The position numbers and the translations under genes are program-made. The notes below the pieces were generated by a model. The model was given only the letters and a program-made list of their open reading frames with translations. It was not told the origin of the DNA and did no database searches. DNA of 63,612 nucleotides, the filler included, from Reticulomyxa filosa (Eukaryota; Protista; Foraminifera): the NCBI GenBank assembly GCA_000512085.1. It is 13 parts of 13 records of this genome, joined end to end, with 100 filler letters (N's around TTAATTAATTAA, not from the genome) between each part and the next. Parts side by side here need not be neighbours in the genome. Positions count along the whole stretch, not along the records: positions 31,662 to 38,313 come from ASPP01008272.1; positions 38,414 to 40,358 come from ASPP01023610.1; positions 40,459 to 41,717 come from ASPP01012102.1; positions 41,818 to 47,609 come from ASPP01018771.1; positions 47,710 to 54,609 come from ASPP01021177.1; 8 more parts are not named here. The stretch is one strand, 5' to 3'. Positions 36,040 to 47,730 of this stretch are shown piece after piece. Within the stretch, counting starts at the first letter, position 1. Every line of letters starts with the position of its first letter.

Positions 36040-38262
36040 ATGGCAGTTAACTGAAAAATAATTACACACAAGAAAAAGATAAACTCTTGAATAACAAAAA
36101 TTAGTGTTTGGTATATTATTATATATGTATAGTTTGGATTTCCCTCTGGTGAAGAAGAAAATGGCGTGGGACAGTTTTTTTTGATGGTCTGTTATGGATT
36201 TATATTATTCAAAGCGGCAGTAATAATTGGCGACTCATGTGAAAAGTTATTGTTGCTCTATGGACCGGTATGGCATTCAGAATGCACTGAAAAATAAGTC
36301 AAATAGAAAAAGAGTCACACAAAAGCAAAAAAAAAAAAAACAACAAAAAAAAAGGGGGTGATTGGTGGTCTGGTAATCCCAATATTGGGAGCGATCCCAG
36401 ACGGAGCGATCGTGCTCGTGAGTGGACTAGGCGCGGATGCGCAAAACCAAGTGGCCGTGGGTGTGGGGACGCTGGCAGGATCAACGATATTATTGTTGAC
36501 AATTCCGTGGTCGGTAGGGGTGATATTGGGATGTCGAGACTACGATGAAAAGACTGGGAAAGCAGCGTCGTATGACACTACGCATAAGCCAAAGCACGAA
36601 AATGGGATTACTTTGTTTCGATCGTGTATTACTACGTATCCGAATATTCCATTCTCTGCAAAAATTATGATGGTGGTTGCAACATCATACTTTATTGTTG
36701 GTTATAATCTTTGCAAACTCAATTCAATCAATCATTATACGTACTTTTTTTTTTTTTTTTTAAGAAAAATGAAATTAAATACATAAATAAAATAAAAAAT
36801 AAAAAAAAAATAAAAGAAAACGTATATAAACATAAATTTATAATTTAAATGTTTTTATTTCTGTGTATATAATTTGTAATTCAAAAAAAAAAAAAAAAAA
36901 AAAAAGCAATACCCGCAGCTGTAAATAAAAACTCGAAAAATGCGGCCAAGTCGGAACATGTACCAGCTTTGATAGGACTGATTGTATGCTCGCTTGCGTT
37001 TCTCGCGTACGGCGTGTTTCAAGTGTTGGACAGTCGCGCGCAAAAGTTGGTTGAAATGCGTCAACGGAGGGAAGAGTTTGACCGCTGGCGAAGCAATCTT
37101 GCCACCACGTTTGGGAAGACGGAGCATGCCATGCGATCTGTCTTTGAAAAATTTGACAAGGTTGTAGCATGTTTTTGTTCTTTTTTTTTTTTTTTTTTAA
37201 AAAAAAAAAACACATAATAAACAACCCCTTTTTTTTTTTTTTTTTTTTTTGAAAACAGGACAAAGATGGCAAAATCGATCGACAAGAGTTGCGCAATGGA
37301 TTTCAAGCGCTAGGTCTTGACTGTTCTCGAGAGCAAATATTCCAAATCATGAAGTTCAGCTTTTGAGCAAAGCCCCTTTTTGTAAATTCATTTGTATATA
37401 CAAATCTATTTAGATAAGTTTTCGAGAGTATGTGTGTGTATACGTATGTATGTATATGCATTGTTGTGTGGGATGGGGGGGGGGATCTTAGAGATATGAA
37501 CTCGGACGACGAAATTGACGCGTTGTCTTTCGAGGAATTTTCGGTAGCAATTTCCAAATGGTCGCGTGTCCTTTTGGTATGTATTATGCAAATAAACAAA
37601 CAAACAGCACAAAAAAAAAAAAAAAAAAAAAATAAATGTTATTGTCATTATTTAAGCCAATTTGTTTGTTTAAAAAAAATTGAAAACAGCAACATCGACA
37701 AGACACATTCCACCAAATGATGGAACTCGGCCAAAAACAAGAGAATGTCGCCAAAGAGGAAATCGAAAAAGAAAAAGCGAAGGAGACATTGGCCAATGGC
37801 AAGTCCTCACCGAAGAAGAAGAACGAGAAGCACAGCGCGAGTCCTTTGATAACCGACAACACCGAAGACGTGAAAGAGGAACAACACAAAGATCAAACGG
37901 ACAATATCGTCGAAAAAAAAAAAGGAGAAGAAGAAGAAGAAGTAGCCAACATTGACGACGTTTGGAAACATATTGATGGCGAAGAGGAAGAAGAGGACGA
38001 GTTGGAGCTGCATTTGACCGACCGACAAATACTAGTGCGTGCCCTGCTTTGGCTGACTTTTGGCACCGCGCTGTGCATCATTTTTAGTGATCCCATGGTC
38101 GAAGTCATTCAAAACTTTTCTACTACCATTGGCATTAACCCTTTCTTCGTCTCTTTCATCATCACCCCTTTGGCTTCCAACGCGAGTGAAATATACTCCA
38201 CTTTAATGTTTGCACGCAAAAAAACTACCGAAAGTGCTTCGTTGGCATTGAGCTCGCTTTAT
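36040..38262 (+). CDS. EF-hand-containing Na+/Ca2+ exchanger-like protein (NCL/EF-CAX type), 3' truncated
   Basis: GVIGGLVIPILGAIPDG..VGVGTLAGSTILLLTIPW (alpha-1); FEKFDK/DKDGKIDRQEL EF-hand; FSDPMV..PFFVSFIITPLASNASE..ARKK..SSLYG (alpha-2). Confidence 0.9.
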
Positions 38263-38275
38263 GGTAACACATTTT

Positions 38276-38313
<38 letters not shown>

Positions 38314-38413
38314 NNNNNNNNNNNNNNNNNNNNNNNNNNNNNNNNNNNNNNNNNNNNTTAATTAATTAANNNNNNNNNNNNNNNNNNNNNNNNNNNNNNN
38401 NNNNNNNNNNNNN
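38314..38413. other. Artificial contig spacer
   Basis: N44-TTAATTAATTAA-N44. Confidence 0.98.
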
Positions 38414-38444
<31 letters not shown>

Positions 38445-38521
38445 TTTTTTTTGTTTTGTTGTTTTTTGTTATTATTAACAACAACAAATAAACAAAAAAG
38501 ATAATTTTTTTTTTTGCTTAC

Positions 38522-38740
38522 GGTGAGACAGTGAGATGGTAAAACCCAATATTTGTTTGTCTTGCGCAAGAATGTGTCTGTGTATTCATTTGCTTTTTTT
38601 TTCGTGTTTTGCATCGTGTTTTGCATCATGTGTTGCTGAAAAGTATTGTAGGCAATTTGTTGCGAAAAGCGACTTTCATTTTGTCTTGGGATATCACTCA
38701 GAAGACCAGTCTTTTCTAGCTTTTTATCGTCTGTAGTCAT
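38522..38740 (-). CDS. First exon of an unidentified protein
   Basis: ATG-initiated ORF (MTTDDKK...PSHCLT) ending at a GTAAG donor before the contig end. Confidence 0.45.
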
Positions 38741-39003
38741 TTTTGCTCAACAAATGCAGCCGAGGATGCCAAAAGATTCTCACGGAAGGGTGGTAACTAA
38801 CGAAAAGTTCCGTTTTTTTGAAGCATTTTTGAGCGTGACCTTACTTTTACCAGTTTCATATATTAATTGTGGCCGTGGCAGTAAATAATATAAAAAACAC
38901 GATTACTAATTTATTTCCAGAGATGAAAGCAGTATCAAAGAGTACTTGTGTTGTTCTCTCAACGGAGCCTTTTTTTTTTATATATATATGCAAGAGGATT
39001 GAA

Positions 39004-39345
39004 ATGTATGGAAACTTGGGAGGTTCATTATCGAATGTTAAAGTAGAAAATGATTCTTATGCACCTCCAAGTGCGGTATTGGTGCATAATCACAGCGGCA
39101 ATTCAATCCTATTAACCCCGCACACAGTTCCGACTTCAATGTCGAACGAGACGATAATAAATACCGGAAGAGCAGAGACGATCTACTCATCGTCGCACAA
39201 CAGCTCCTCTCAAAATTTCCACGTGTATACGGAAGTGTACACAGGAGGTCAGAGCCAAACAAATCACAAAAAGAAGATTTTTTTTTTTTTTTGTAAAAGT
39301 AGTCGGACAATCAAGACCAATTATTTTAGCATTTTGATAGAGAGA

Positions 39346-39377
<32 letters not shown>

Positions 39378-40358
39378 CGGAAGAGATAATGTCGAACAAA
39401 CACCGCTTTCAACTTTGGAATGTAAATTTTAGCAAACCGATAAGACACCCCTACTTATGCCACGACGGATATTTGTACAAGCACATGGGCAAGAAAACAA
39501 ACAAAGCAGGGAACCACGTGGTGTATTACTATTGCATCACCGGGAAGGGGTTCGACGAAAAGTACTGGGGGGGTCGTCCTAAGCCCATTTGCAAGGCGAG
39601 CGTCGGCATTGAAAGAGACGGACTGGACGGCATCGTTTCGATAATGGTGAAGCATTGCCACAAACACATGTCCTCTTGCGTCCTGTTTCCGAAAGAGGCT
39701 ATCAACTGGATTAAGCCATGGAACCTATACACTGACCCTTTGACGAATCAAGTCAAGGGCTTCGAAGAGCTGTGGAATCCTGATCACAAAAGACCTCAAC
39801 TCTGTGATACCGTTTTGATGGTTAAGTTACATATACACGCACGATGGTTTGGGCATTATACATATGCATATACTTATAACATATATATATGTATACATAT
39901 ATATATGTTATAAGTATATGCATATGTATAATGCCCAAACCATCTGTTTCGAAAGAAATTTATATGTGCACATATACACAACGTATATAAATAATAACAC
40001 AAAAGAGCAAACGGCATAAGCGGAAGACTTGGGACTCTGAAACAGAGACGGAGGAGGAAGTGATGGATAACAATAGTGATGGTGCACAAGAAGACAAAAG
40101 GAATGGATGGAATCCACTCATGAACTTCCCATCGATGGGGCCGATGGGATCGATGGGACCGATGGGACCTTTTTCCATGCCATTTCATTTGCCACGAGGA
40201 CACGACCAAGACAACGGCGATGGCAATAGCAATAGCATGGATCTGACATCGTCCTCCGCAATGTTCAAATATGGTCCCCTACCCCCGCATCATCCTTACG
40301 CGATCCTTTTCAACAGCGTGTCGACAAAGGAAAAAGAAGAAGAAGAAGAAGGAAGAAG
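39004..40358 (+). CDS. Putative transcription factor with a WRKY/FLYWCH-superfamily zinc finger (3' truncated)
   Basis: DGYLYKHMGKK...YYYC...CKASVGIERDG...HCHKH, followed by the basic NLS-like SKRHKRK and a Met/Pro-rich tail. Introns at about 39248-39377 and 39821-40005. Confidence 0.6.
39843..39944. repeat. Perfect 102-bp palindrome (no spacer) inside an intron
   Basis: gatggtttgggcattatacatatgcatatacttataacatatatatatgta|tacatatatatatgttataagtatatgcatatgtataatgcccaaaccatc. Confidence 0.97.
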
Positions 40359-40458
40359 NNNNNNNNNNNNNNNNNNNNNNNNNNNNNNNNNNNNNNNNNN
40401 NNTTAATTAATTAANNNNNNNNNNNNNNNNNNNNNNNNNNNNNNNNNNNNNNNNNNNN
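40359..40458. other. Artificial contig spacer
   Basis: N44-TTAATTAATTAA-N44. Confidence 0.98.
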
Positions 40459-40751
40459 AATACCACACTGGTATGACCATTTTTTTTTGATAATAGTTCA
40501 AATGTGTAATTATTTAATGGTTTTTTTTTTTTTTTTTTTTTTTTTTAGTTTTGTCTAAAAAGCTAACGCCGATTCCAGACTTGCTAACGACGAAAAGAAA
40601 ACACGCAGGTAGTAGATCGAAAAAGAAGACGAGGCTGGAAATGCAGAGGAAGAAAAAAAAAAAAAGAAAAGAAAGATGAGACAGGAAAAGCTTCTTCTTC
40701 TTCTTCTTCTTCTTCTTCTTCTTCTACACTCCCGACGGCTAATCCAATTAG

Positions 40752-41578
40752 TGATCATGACAACATGGAACTGTGGACACAGATAATGAAAGATGTCAAT
40801 CGCACGCTCCAATATCGCGACTTTTTTCGACAAATCCCAAACAAATATTCCCTGGGCAACGTGTTGTACGTTTGGACGAGGTCCTACAGTGAGCATCGAG
40901 GATATCTGCAAGGAATGAACGAACTTGCCGCTGTCATTGTCTGCGCTTTGTCTTATGATTATCAGCAAATGATGGAACATGAGAACTTGTACGGTATATA
41001 TTCCTTTTTTTTTTTTTTTTATTTGTTTTTTTTTTTTTTTTTTAACTTCACTCTCATTTTTTTTTTTTAGAAAAGGTGATTCGCTGCTGAAAGAACTTAT
41101 AAATCCTGCGTTTATGGAACATGATGTATTTGCATTATATTCTGGTTACAATTGCATTTCTACCTTTTTTTTTTATGGAATTTTACATAAATGTGATCTA
41201 TATGTATACTACACAATAGCGCTAATGAAACTGATCATAAACTTCTTTGATCCGGCCATCCCCCCACGTGATGTCCTGGAGAATAAACTGACGACTTATC
41301 ACTACAACCAAGGCTTATATGACAGCGGTTTGAATGCGTCTTTGTATTTGAAACTGCATTACATTCAACACAAATTGCTCAAATACTTTGACTTAAACAT
41401 TTACGCACATTTTGAAAAAATTGGCTTGCAGCCGCAGCTCTACATGCTGCGTTGGGTGCGCGTCTTGTTTTGTCGCGAATTCTTTGTCGACCAAACCATC
41501 AAATTGTGGGATGAGTTATTCTCAAGTTATTCACTCATTGAATTCATTGAGTACATTTGTATGGCAATGATTTACAAC
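40752..41578 (+). CDS. TBC-domain Rab GTPase-activating protein (TBC1D5-like), internal fragment
   Basis: IMKDVNRT (IxxDxxR), YLQGMNEL (YxQ), MEHDVFALY, PQLYMLRWVRVLFCREF, KLWDELF. Confidence 0.9.
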
Positions 41579-41717
41579 GTGTATGCTTTTTTTTTTTTTT
41601 ATCTGTATATGTATACATGTACAAATAATATATATATATCATATGTATTTGTACATGTATTTGTTTCCATTTCAATCGAATAACACATTATATATGTGTT
41701 AATTATGTGTGTGTGTG

Positions 41718-41817
41718 NNNNNNNNNNNNNNNNNNNNNNNNNNNNNNNNNNNNNNNNNNNNTTAATTAATTAANNNNNNNNNNNNNNNNNNNNNNNNNNN
41801 NNNNNNNNNNNNNNNNN
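41718..41817. other. Artificial contig spacer
   Basis: N44-TTAATTAATTAA-N44. Confidence 0.98.
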
Positions 41818-43431
41818 GTCGGAGTGCTTGAAACATTTGTTTCAATTGTCCATATCAGCAAAAAAAAAAAAACACATATAAGAGCAGACAAACCTCGTTT
41901 CGCTGAAAGTGGTTTTCCCTCTTTTTTTTTTTTGTTGGCTGCTTTTGACACACAACCAATCACGAAACTTTGAGACGTGAAAAAGATATGTGTAATAATT
42001 AAAAATACAATAGCCAATTCCAGTACAAAAACTGATCAAAGGACGATACCAAGACAACTTGGAATTTTTTCAGTGGATGTACAAGTATGCCCACGAAGTG
42101 TACAATGGTGACCCAAACAACCCTTCTTATGACGCTGTTGAAGCTCGCTCGAAGTCGAAAGGAGGGAAAGAGTTTAGCGGCTCGGGGAAAGGCGGAAGCA
42201 AACCCAATGCCAAAAAAATGTCCACATCCTCTCGTATTTCAGCTGCGGCGGACGGGCATGGCAACAGCTCACAGCCTTTGACTCACAATGCTGCTCCTGC
42301 TTCTGCTCTTGCTTCTTCTGGACCTGGACCAAGACCGAGCTCGGCTCGCTTCAATGTTCAACCAAAGGTGGGTTATGTTGAAACTGAACAGGAACAAGAA
42401 GGGGGGGGGGAGAAGAGAAAGAAAAAGGAACGGAACGGCGTTCATAAATAAATATAAATAAATAAAAAACAAAACATATACAAGTATATGTATAGTAAGC
42501 AAAAAAAAAATTTTTATCGAGGGTGCACTTGTTTTATTGAGTGATGACTTTAACTTTAACAAAAGCACTGGGCAATGAGGGGGAAGGGGGGAGGGAGGGA
42601 AAAAAAGCGACTTGGAAAAGTGACGTTGTTTGTGGCTTTTTGACAGAAGATAGCGCCATTTGCTGGAAATGCAGCACAATATCCTCGTGAGGATGACAAT
42701 GGACAAAGAAGCAGACATTACAGTGATGGCGAAGATGTAACCATGGCAGATGAGAGCCACATGAAATTCAATAACCATAGAAACGTGCAGGCCGAAATGA
42801 GTACAGAACATGACAGTGTGGTGGACAACCAAGAACGCGAACATTTGAAACAAGAAAACGAAGTCCTCCGCGAAAAATGTCTGCAACTGGAAGCGGATCA
42901 TCAAGTTTGTCAAATGTTTTTCTTTTCGGATTTTGTTTTTTCATCTTTTTAAAAAAAAGAGAAACATAATACACATAATAATCAAAACGCACCAAAATCT
43001 TGCTTCATTGGACAAAAAAAAACAAACAAATAGGAATTGACTAACGTGGCTAAGGAAATCGAAAAAGAAAGAGACTTTTATTTTCGAAAAGTGTGCGAAG
43101 TTGAAGAACTCTGTAAGTCTTATGGAGATCAATCGTTGCCCTTGCTGGAAAAGATTTATAATGTATGTGTCTCGAAAGAGAAGTAGTCGATTTTTTTGCT
43201 CACAATACCTTTTCATAACTACTTTGTTGTATTTCTTTGGACACTGAAACAATGTCTTTTTTTTAGAGCCTTTACCAAACCTGTGACGAAACGGTTGAAG
43301 CTTCAAACGAGAACGAACCACCAAACGCTCGAAATAGTGCAAGCAGCAATGTGTTACAAGACAGTTTGTTGGTTAATAAAAATGATTTGATTGAGAGAAC
43401 AACAAATTTAAATGATCGCTCGTGCAAGTGA
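41818..43431 (+). CDS. EB1: EB1/RP family microtubule plus-end binding protein (5' truncated)
   Basis: CH-domain end IPVQKLIKGRYQDNLEFFQWM; EB homology motif EKERDFYFRKVCEVEELC...KIYN/SLYQT. Confidence 0.9.
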
Positions 43432-43870
43432 ACAGCGAAAATAAATTGCCCTGACGAAATTAAAATAATAATAAACACATTGGTTGTTTAAATTAATATA
43501 AACAGCTTATTCAATTTTTTAAGCAATAAAAGATGTATTGTTGCTTTTGTGTGTCATTGAACCCTTTGTTTTTGTTTTTTCTTTGTGTTTAAATTTTTAA
43601 AATTTAAATCCGATTATTTAAGATACCGAACATTGAAGTACTTTCTTCATGATCAAAAATGAAAGGTAACAATTGGTCATGCTAAGCAATATTTAGTATT
43701 TACTTGCAAATAAAAAATAGAGTGCATTTCAAAAGAGTTAAAAAAAAAAAGAGAAGCGTTTTAAGAATTTGTTCCGTGGTTAGACCCGTTAAGAAAAAAA
43801 AAACATTAATAACGAATAAATATGGTATATCCAAGAAAATAACATGGTGTTATTGCATTTAATGTGTTGT

Positions 43871-45952
43871 TTAATCGCCACCAAGAAACGACAACATTTC
43901 CGAGAACTTTTTTGTCAGGGATTGAGTTTCGTCATCTTGGTTTCCATGCATCACTAAATGAAGAGATTCGCTCAACATTTCTGCTCTGCTTAGTATATTC
44001 TCTTTTAAGCCAGCCAATCTTGCACAATGGATACCATGACTTTCTTTGCACACGCCTTGTGTAAATTGATACAAAAAGACAATACTTTTGTTGTCGCTTT
44101 GTCTGGCAAAGGACATATGGTACATGGCCACGTCTTTATCATTTTCAAAACGGTCGCAAATACCATGGAAATGAGTACTGAACAAGCATCGGCATCGAAT
44201 TTTGCGAATTAAGTATTCGGCGACACTTTGAGCAATTGCATTACCATCATGGGTGCTTGTACCACGTCCCAATTCATCCAGTATCACCAAGCTGTTGCAG
44301 GAGGCATGGCGTAAAATGTTTGCAGTTTCTTCGGCTTCCACCATAAATGTGGACTGTCCCATAAGTATACGATCATTAGCTCCAACCCGAGTAAATATGC
44401 GATCGATCGGAGTGAGCCGGCACAGTGATGCAGGAACAAAGCACCCTACATGGGCGAGAATGGTGCAAACACAAGTTTGTCGTAGCAGAGTGGATTTCCC
44501 ACCCATGTTAGGTCCGGTGACAATGACAAAGTTGGCAGAGTTTTCTTTGCATCCGAGTACCGTGTTGTTGGGGATGAACTGTGCCGGGCCAAACTCATTG
44601 TCGACAAGACAAGGATGTCTGGCATTTCGCAGTTCCAAAAACGGAAGTTGATTGGGTGCGTCGTGCAAATCGACAAATTGCGGTCGAGTCATTTCAAAAG
44701 GTGCCAAAGCGCTGACATGAGCTAAACTCATCAAGCAATCCAATTCGGCCAAGCTATTGACCACTTTTTTCCAAATATGGGAATATTCGGCGAAATTGGC
44801 AAACACACATCTTGCGCTATCGCGTAGGATCATCTCCTCCTTATTCTTTAATTCTTCATACGCATTCGCAATCTCTGTAATCGAAGGGACGCGAAAGCGC
44901 ACAGTGGCTTTGGTGGAATTGGCTTGGGTCCAATTGTTAGGAATGAATTTACTATTTTGCGTGAGGAAATTCTTGGGAAGTTGCAAAAGGAACTTGTTGT
45001 TTTTCCCTTTGAGGGAAATCAGACCAATTGTCGGTTCATTCAATGAAACTTTGTATTGTTGCACGAGGTCCTCCAAGCGCTGTCGGCAAATCTGTTGATG
45101 CGCAAGACATTGGTCATATTCTGGGTTCAGTGAAGAGCGCGGACGAATGACGCCAGTGGAAGAAGCCTCTCTGCTATCGAATCCATTTTTGAAGTGATTG
45201 AGGATTTCGCTAAAATCGGGCAGTTGCGGACCGAAGCTCATCAATCGCACGAGCAAATCCAAATGTTGCCACGTCGAGCGATGGGCTTCGAATAGCTTGA
45301 AGATTTCATGGCTTGTTTCCAACGCATTTAAGCAGTGGCAAAACGTTTTCACTTTGCTCCGATTCCATGCGTTATCAAACATGATCGCGCGATCCATTGC
45401 ACGTGATGTCCCCAGCGCCGATATCCGCGTCAGCATGCGAAGCAGATCGGGCAGCGTTTTCATTTTCGCGGATACCTCTTGCAAAAACGCCATCGAAGAA
45501 AAGGGGTCGGATGTTTTGTCACCCAATCGAAATTTATTATCGAGAGAAGAGGTCATCGTTTTTGATTGGTTGCGATCGACGTCATGGTACAAGCCATTGA
45601 CAAAAAATTGGACGCAATCCAGTCTCTGGGAAATGGACGGGATATGTCGAAGAGGGAACGAGACCCATTCCTTCAGCTTGCGTTGCCCAAAGGCAGTGAG
45701 ACACCTGTCGACGAAAGAGAAGAGCGTGCCCTTGGTATGTCCCTCTTCGTTGCGCAAAATCTCCAGGTTGACCATGGTGGCGCCGTCCAATATCACAAAT
45801 GGGCAGTCCTGTGTCTGTAGCGCGTCGTACATCTTCCACTCGCTGCGCGGCAGGATCTGCGTGTCCAGCATCAGCGACTTCAAGTACGAAATGACATAGC
45901 CCACACATTCCATCGTGAGATCGTCTTTCCAAATTGTTGTGGCGACGAGATC

Positions 45953-45984
<32 letters not shown>

Positions 45985-47500
45985 CATTGCCATGATCGAT
46001 GTTGCTATCATTGCTACAAGTGAAGAATACATTGGGAAGAGAATGTTGATCGGGCCAGTACACGCAGCGTGTGATAAGTTCGGACCTGACCTGGACGGCG
46101 TTCCAATACAACCCAGGACACTTGCTGAGCGGCACGTGCAGCGCGTCGGCGAGATGAGTGTGGAGGACCTTGAACGTGTCTGCGGACACGGCGTTGCAGT
46201 CGTAGAGCACCTCGACGGGTTGGATCTGCACCAGCAGCGTGCGAAGACAGGAGCGCATGCGATCGTCGGTGAAGTAGCCGACGTGGAACTGAGCTGTGGA
46301 CACATCGACGAAGCAGACGGCAAATCGACAGTCGTCATTGCCATTGTCATTGTCATTGTCATTATTACCAAGAGTATCTTGTCCCCCTCTTCCTCCTTCT
46401 CCTCCTTCTCCTCCTTCTCCTCCTTCTCCTCCTCCTTCAAGCAGAGAGGAGGGATATGTAATAGGTTGTGTCGACAGTTGTTTGACTTTGTATTTTTTCT
46501 TTTCATTTGCATTTGTGTTTTCATATTTGTGTTCGTTTTTATATTGTGTTTGTTCGATGGACTGTTCGCATAAACATAGCAAGTAGTAATTGGAACCATC
46601 GTTTAGGTCATCGTTAGTAACATCACCACCACCACCACCGCTGCTGCTATCAATTTTGATATCATCACTGGAGACAGTAGCCTGATCGGCAAAGGGCAAC
46701 GTGGCCTTGGTGGCCACCTGACACACCTCACGTTTGACCATGTCGGTGGTACGCTTGTTGACGTCCGGTCTCTCCATTTGCTCGACGCGATACACCTTGT
46801 GGCCGTTGTTAACAAACAGGTCGGCGTACTTTGCAAATGACGACTCCGGGAACCCCACGTGGGGGATGCCTTCACTCTTGGCTTTCATCCACTCCAGACC
46901 GCACAGGTCGTATCCCAGCTGCGCGTCCATGAAGAACAGCTCGTAGAACTTGCCCAGCTTGAAGAACAACACTCCGTCAAAGTTGTCCGACTTGATCACC
47001 CAGAATTGCCTCACCGATGGCGTGAACTCTTTCAAATCCAACGGCGGGATGAGCAACGTCCTCGGATTGTATCCGACCTCACCTTTGCGTCGTCCGCTCT
47101 TGTCGCGAGGGCTTTTGTACCAATCTCGCTCCAACGCCCAATGTGTGCGCCGTTGCACACGTGCCGCTGTCGTGTCCACTGCTGTGGTGGTGGTGGTGGT
47201 GGTCCTCTCTCGCTTTGTTAAATCGATCACCTTATGCTCCTTCTCGCTGTCTCGCTCCACAAACTCTCCTTCTTTCTTTCCACGCATAAACGCCTCCATC
47301 TTTTTTAACGCGTCGTCGTTGTCGTTGTCGTCGTATCTGCTTCTTACTGGATTTGCTTTCCCTTCTCTCTCTTCTTCTTTTTCTTTTTCTTCTTCTCTTT
47401 CTCCTTCTCTTCTCTTCTTCTTCGTCGTCGTCGTTGTCGTTGTTGTTGTCGTCGATTCACTCGGCTTTAATCCCTCTCCTTTTTTTTCATGCTTTTGGTC
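43871..47500 (-). CDS. MSH6: DNA mismatch repair protein MSH6 (5' truncated)
   Basis: YNPRTLLIP, FFKLGKFYELF, HVGFPE, LDGATMVNLEI, TGPNMGGKSTLLRQ, DRIFTRVGAND, LDELGRGTST, FSTHF. Confidence 0.95.
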
Positions 47501-47563
47501 ATCTTTTTTTTTTTCCAAAAAAATAAATATTCTAATTGCTCGACAAATATACATATGTGCATA

Positions 47564-47603
<40 letters not shown>

Positions 47604-47609
47604 ATATTT

Positions 47610-47709
47610 NNNNNNNNNNNNNNNNNNNNNNNNNNNNNNNNNNNNNNNNNNNNTTAATTAATTAANNNNNNNNNNNNNNNNNNNNNNNNNNNNNNNNNNN
47701 NNNNNNNNN
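47610..47709. other. Artificial contig spacer
   Basis: N44-TTAATTAATTAA-N44. Confidence 0.98.
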
Positions 47710-47730
47710 TATATATATATATATATACAG

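Noticed and set aside
6648-38262. G-alpha + cyclase + 7TM receptor as a clustered signalling system
   Set aside because: They lie on different contigs separated by artificial spacers; the proximity is not biological.
44253-47564. Multiple + strand ORFs overlapping MSH6
   Set aside because: Antisense shadows of a GC-rich coding strand.
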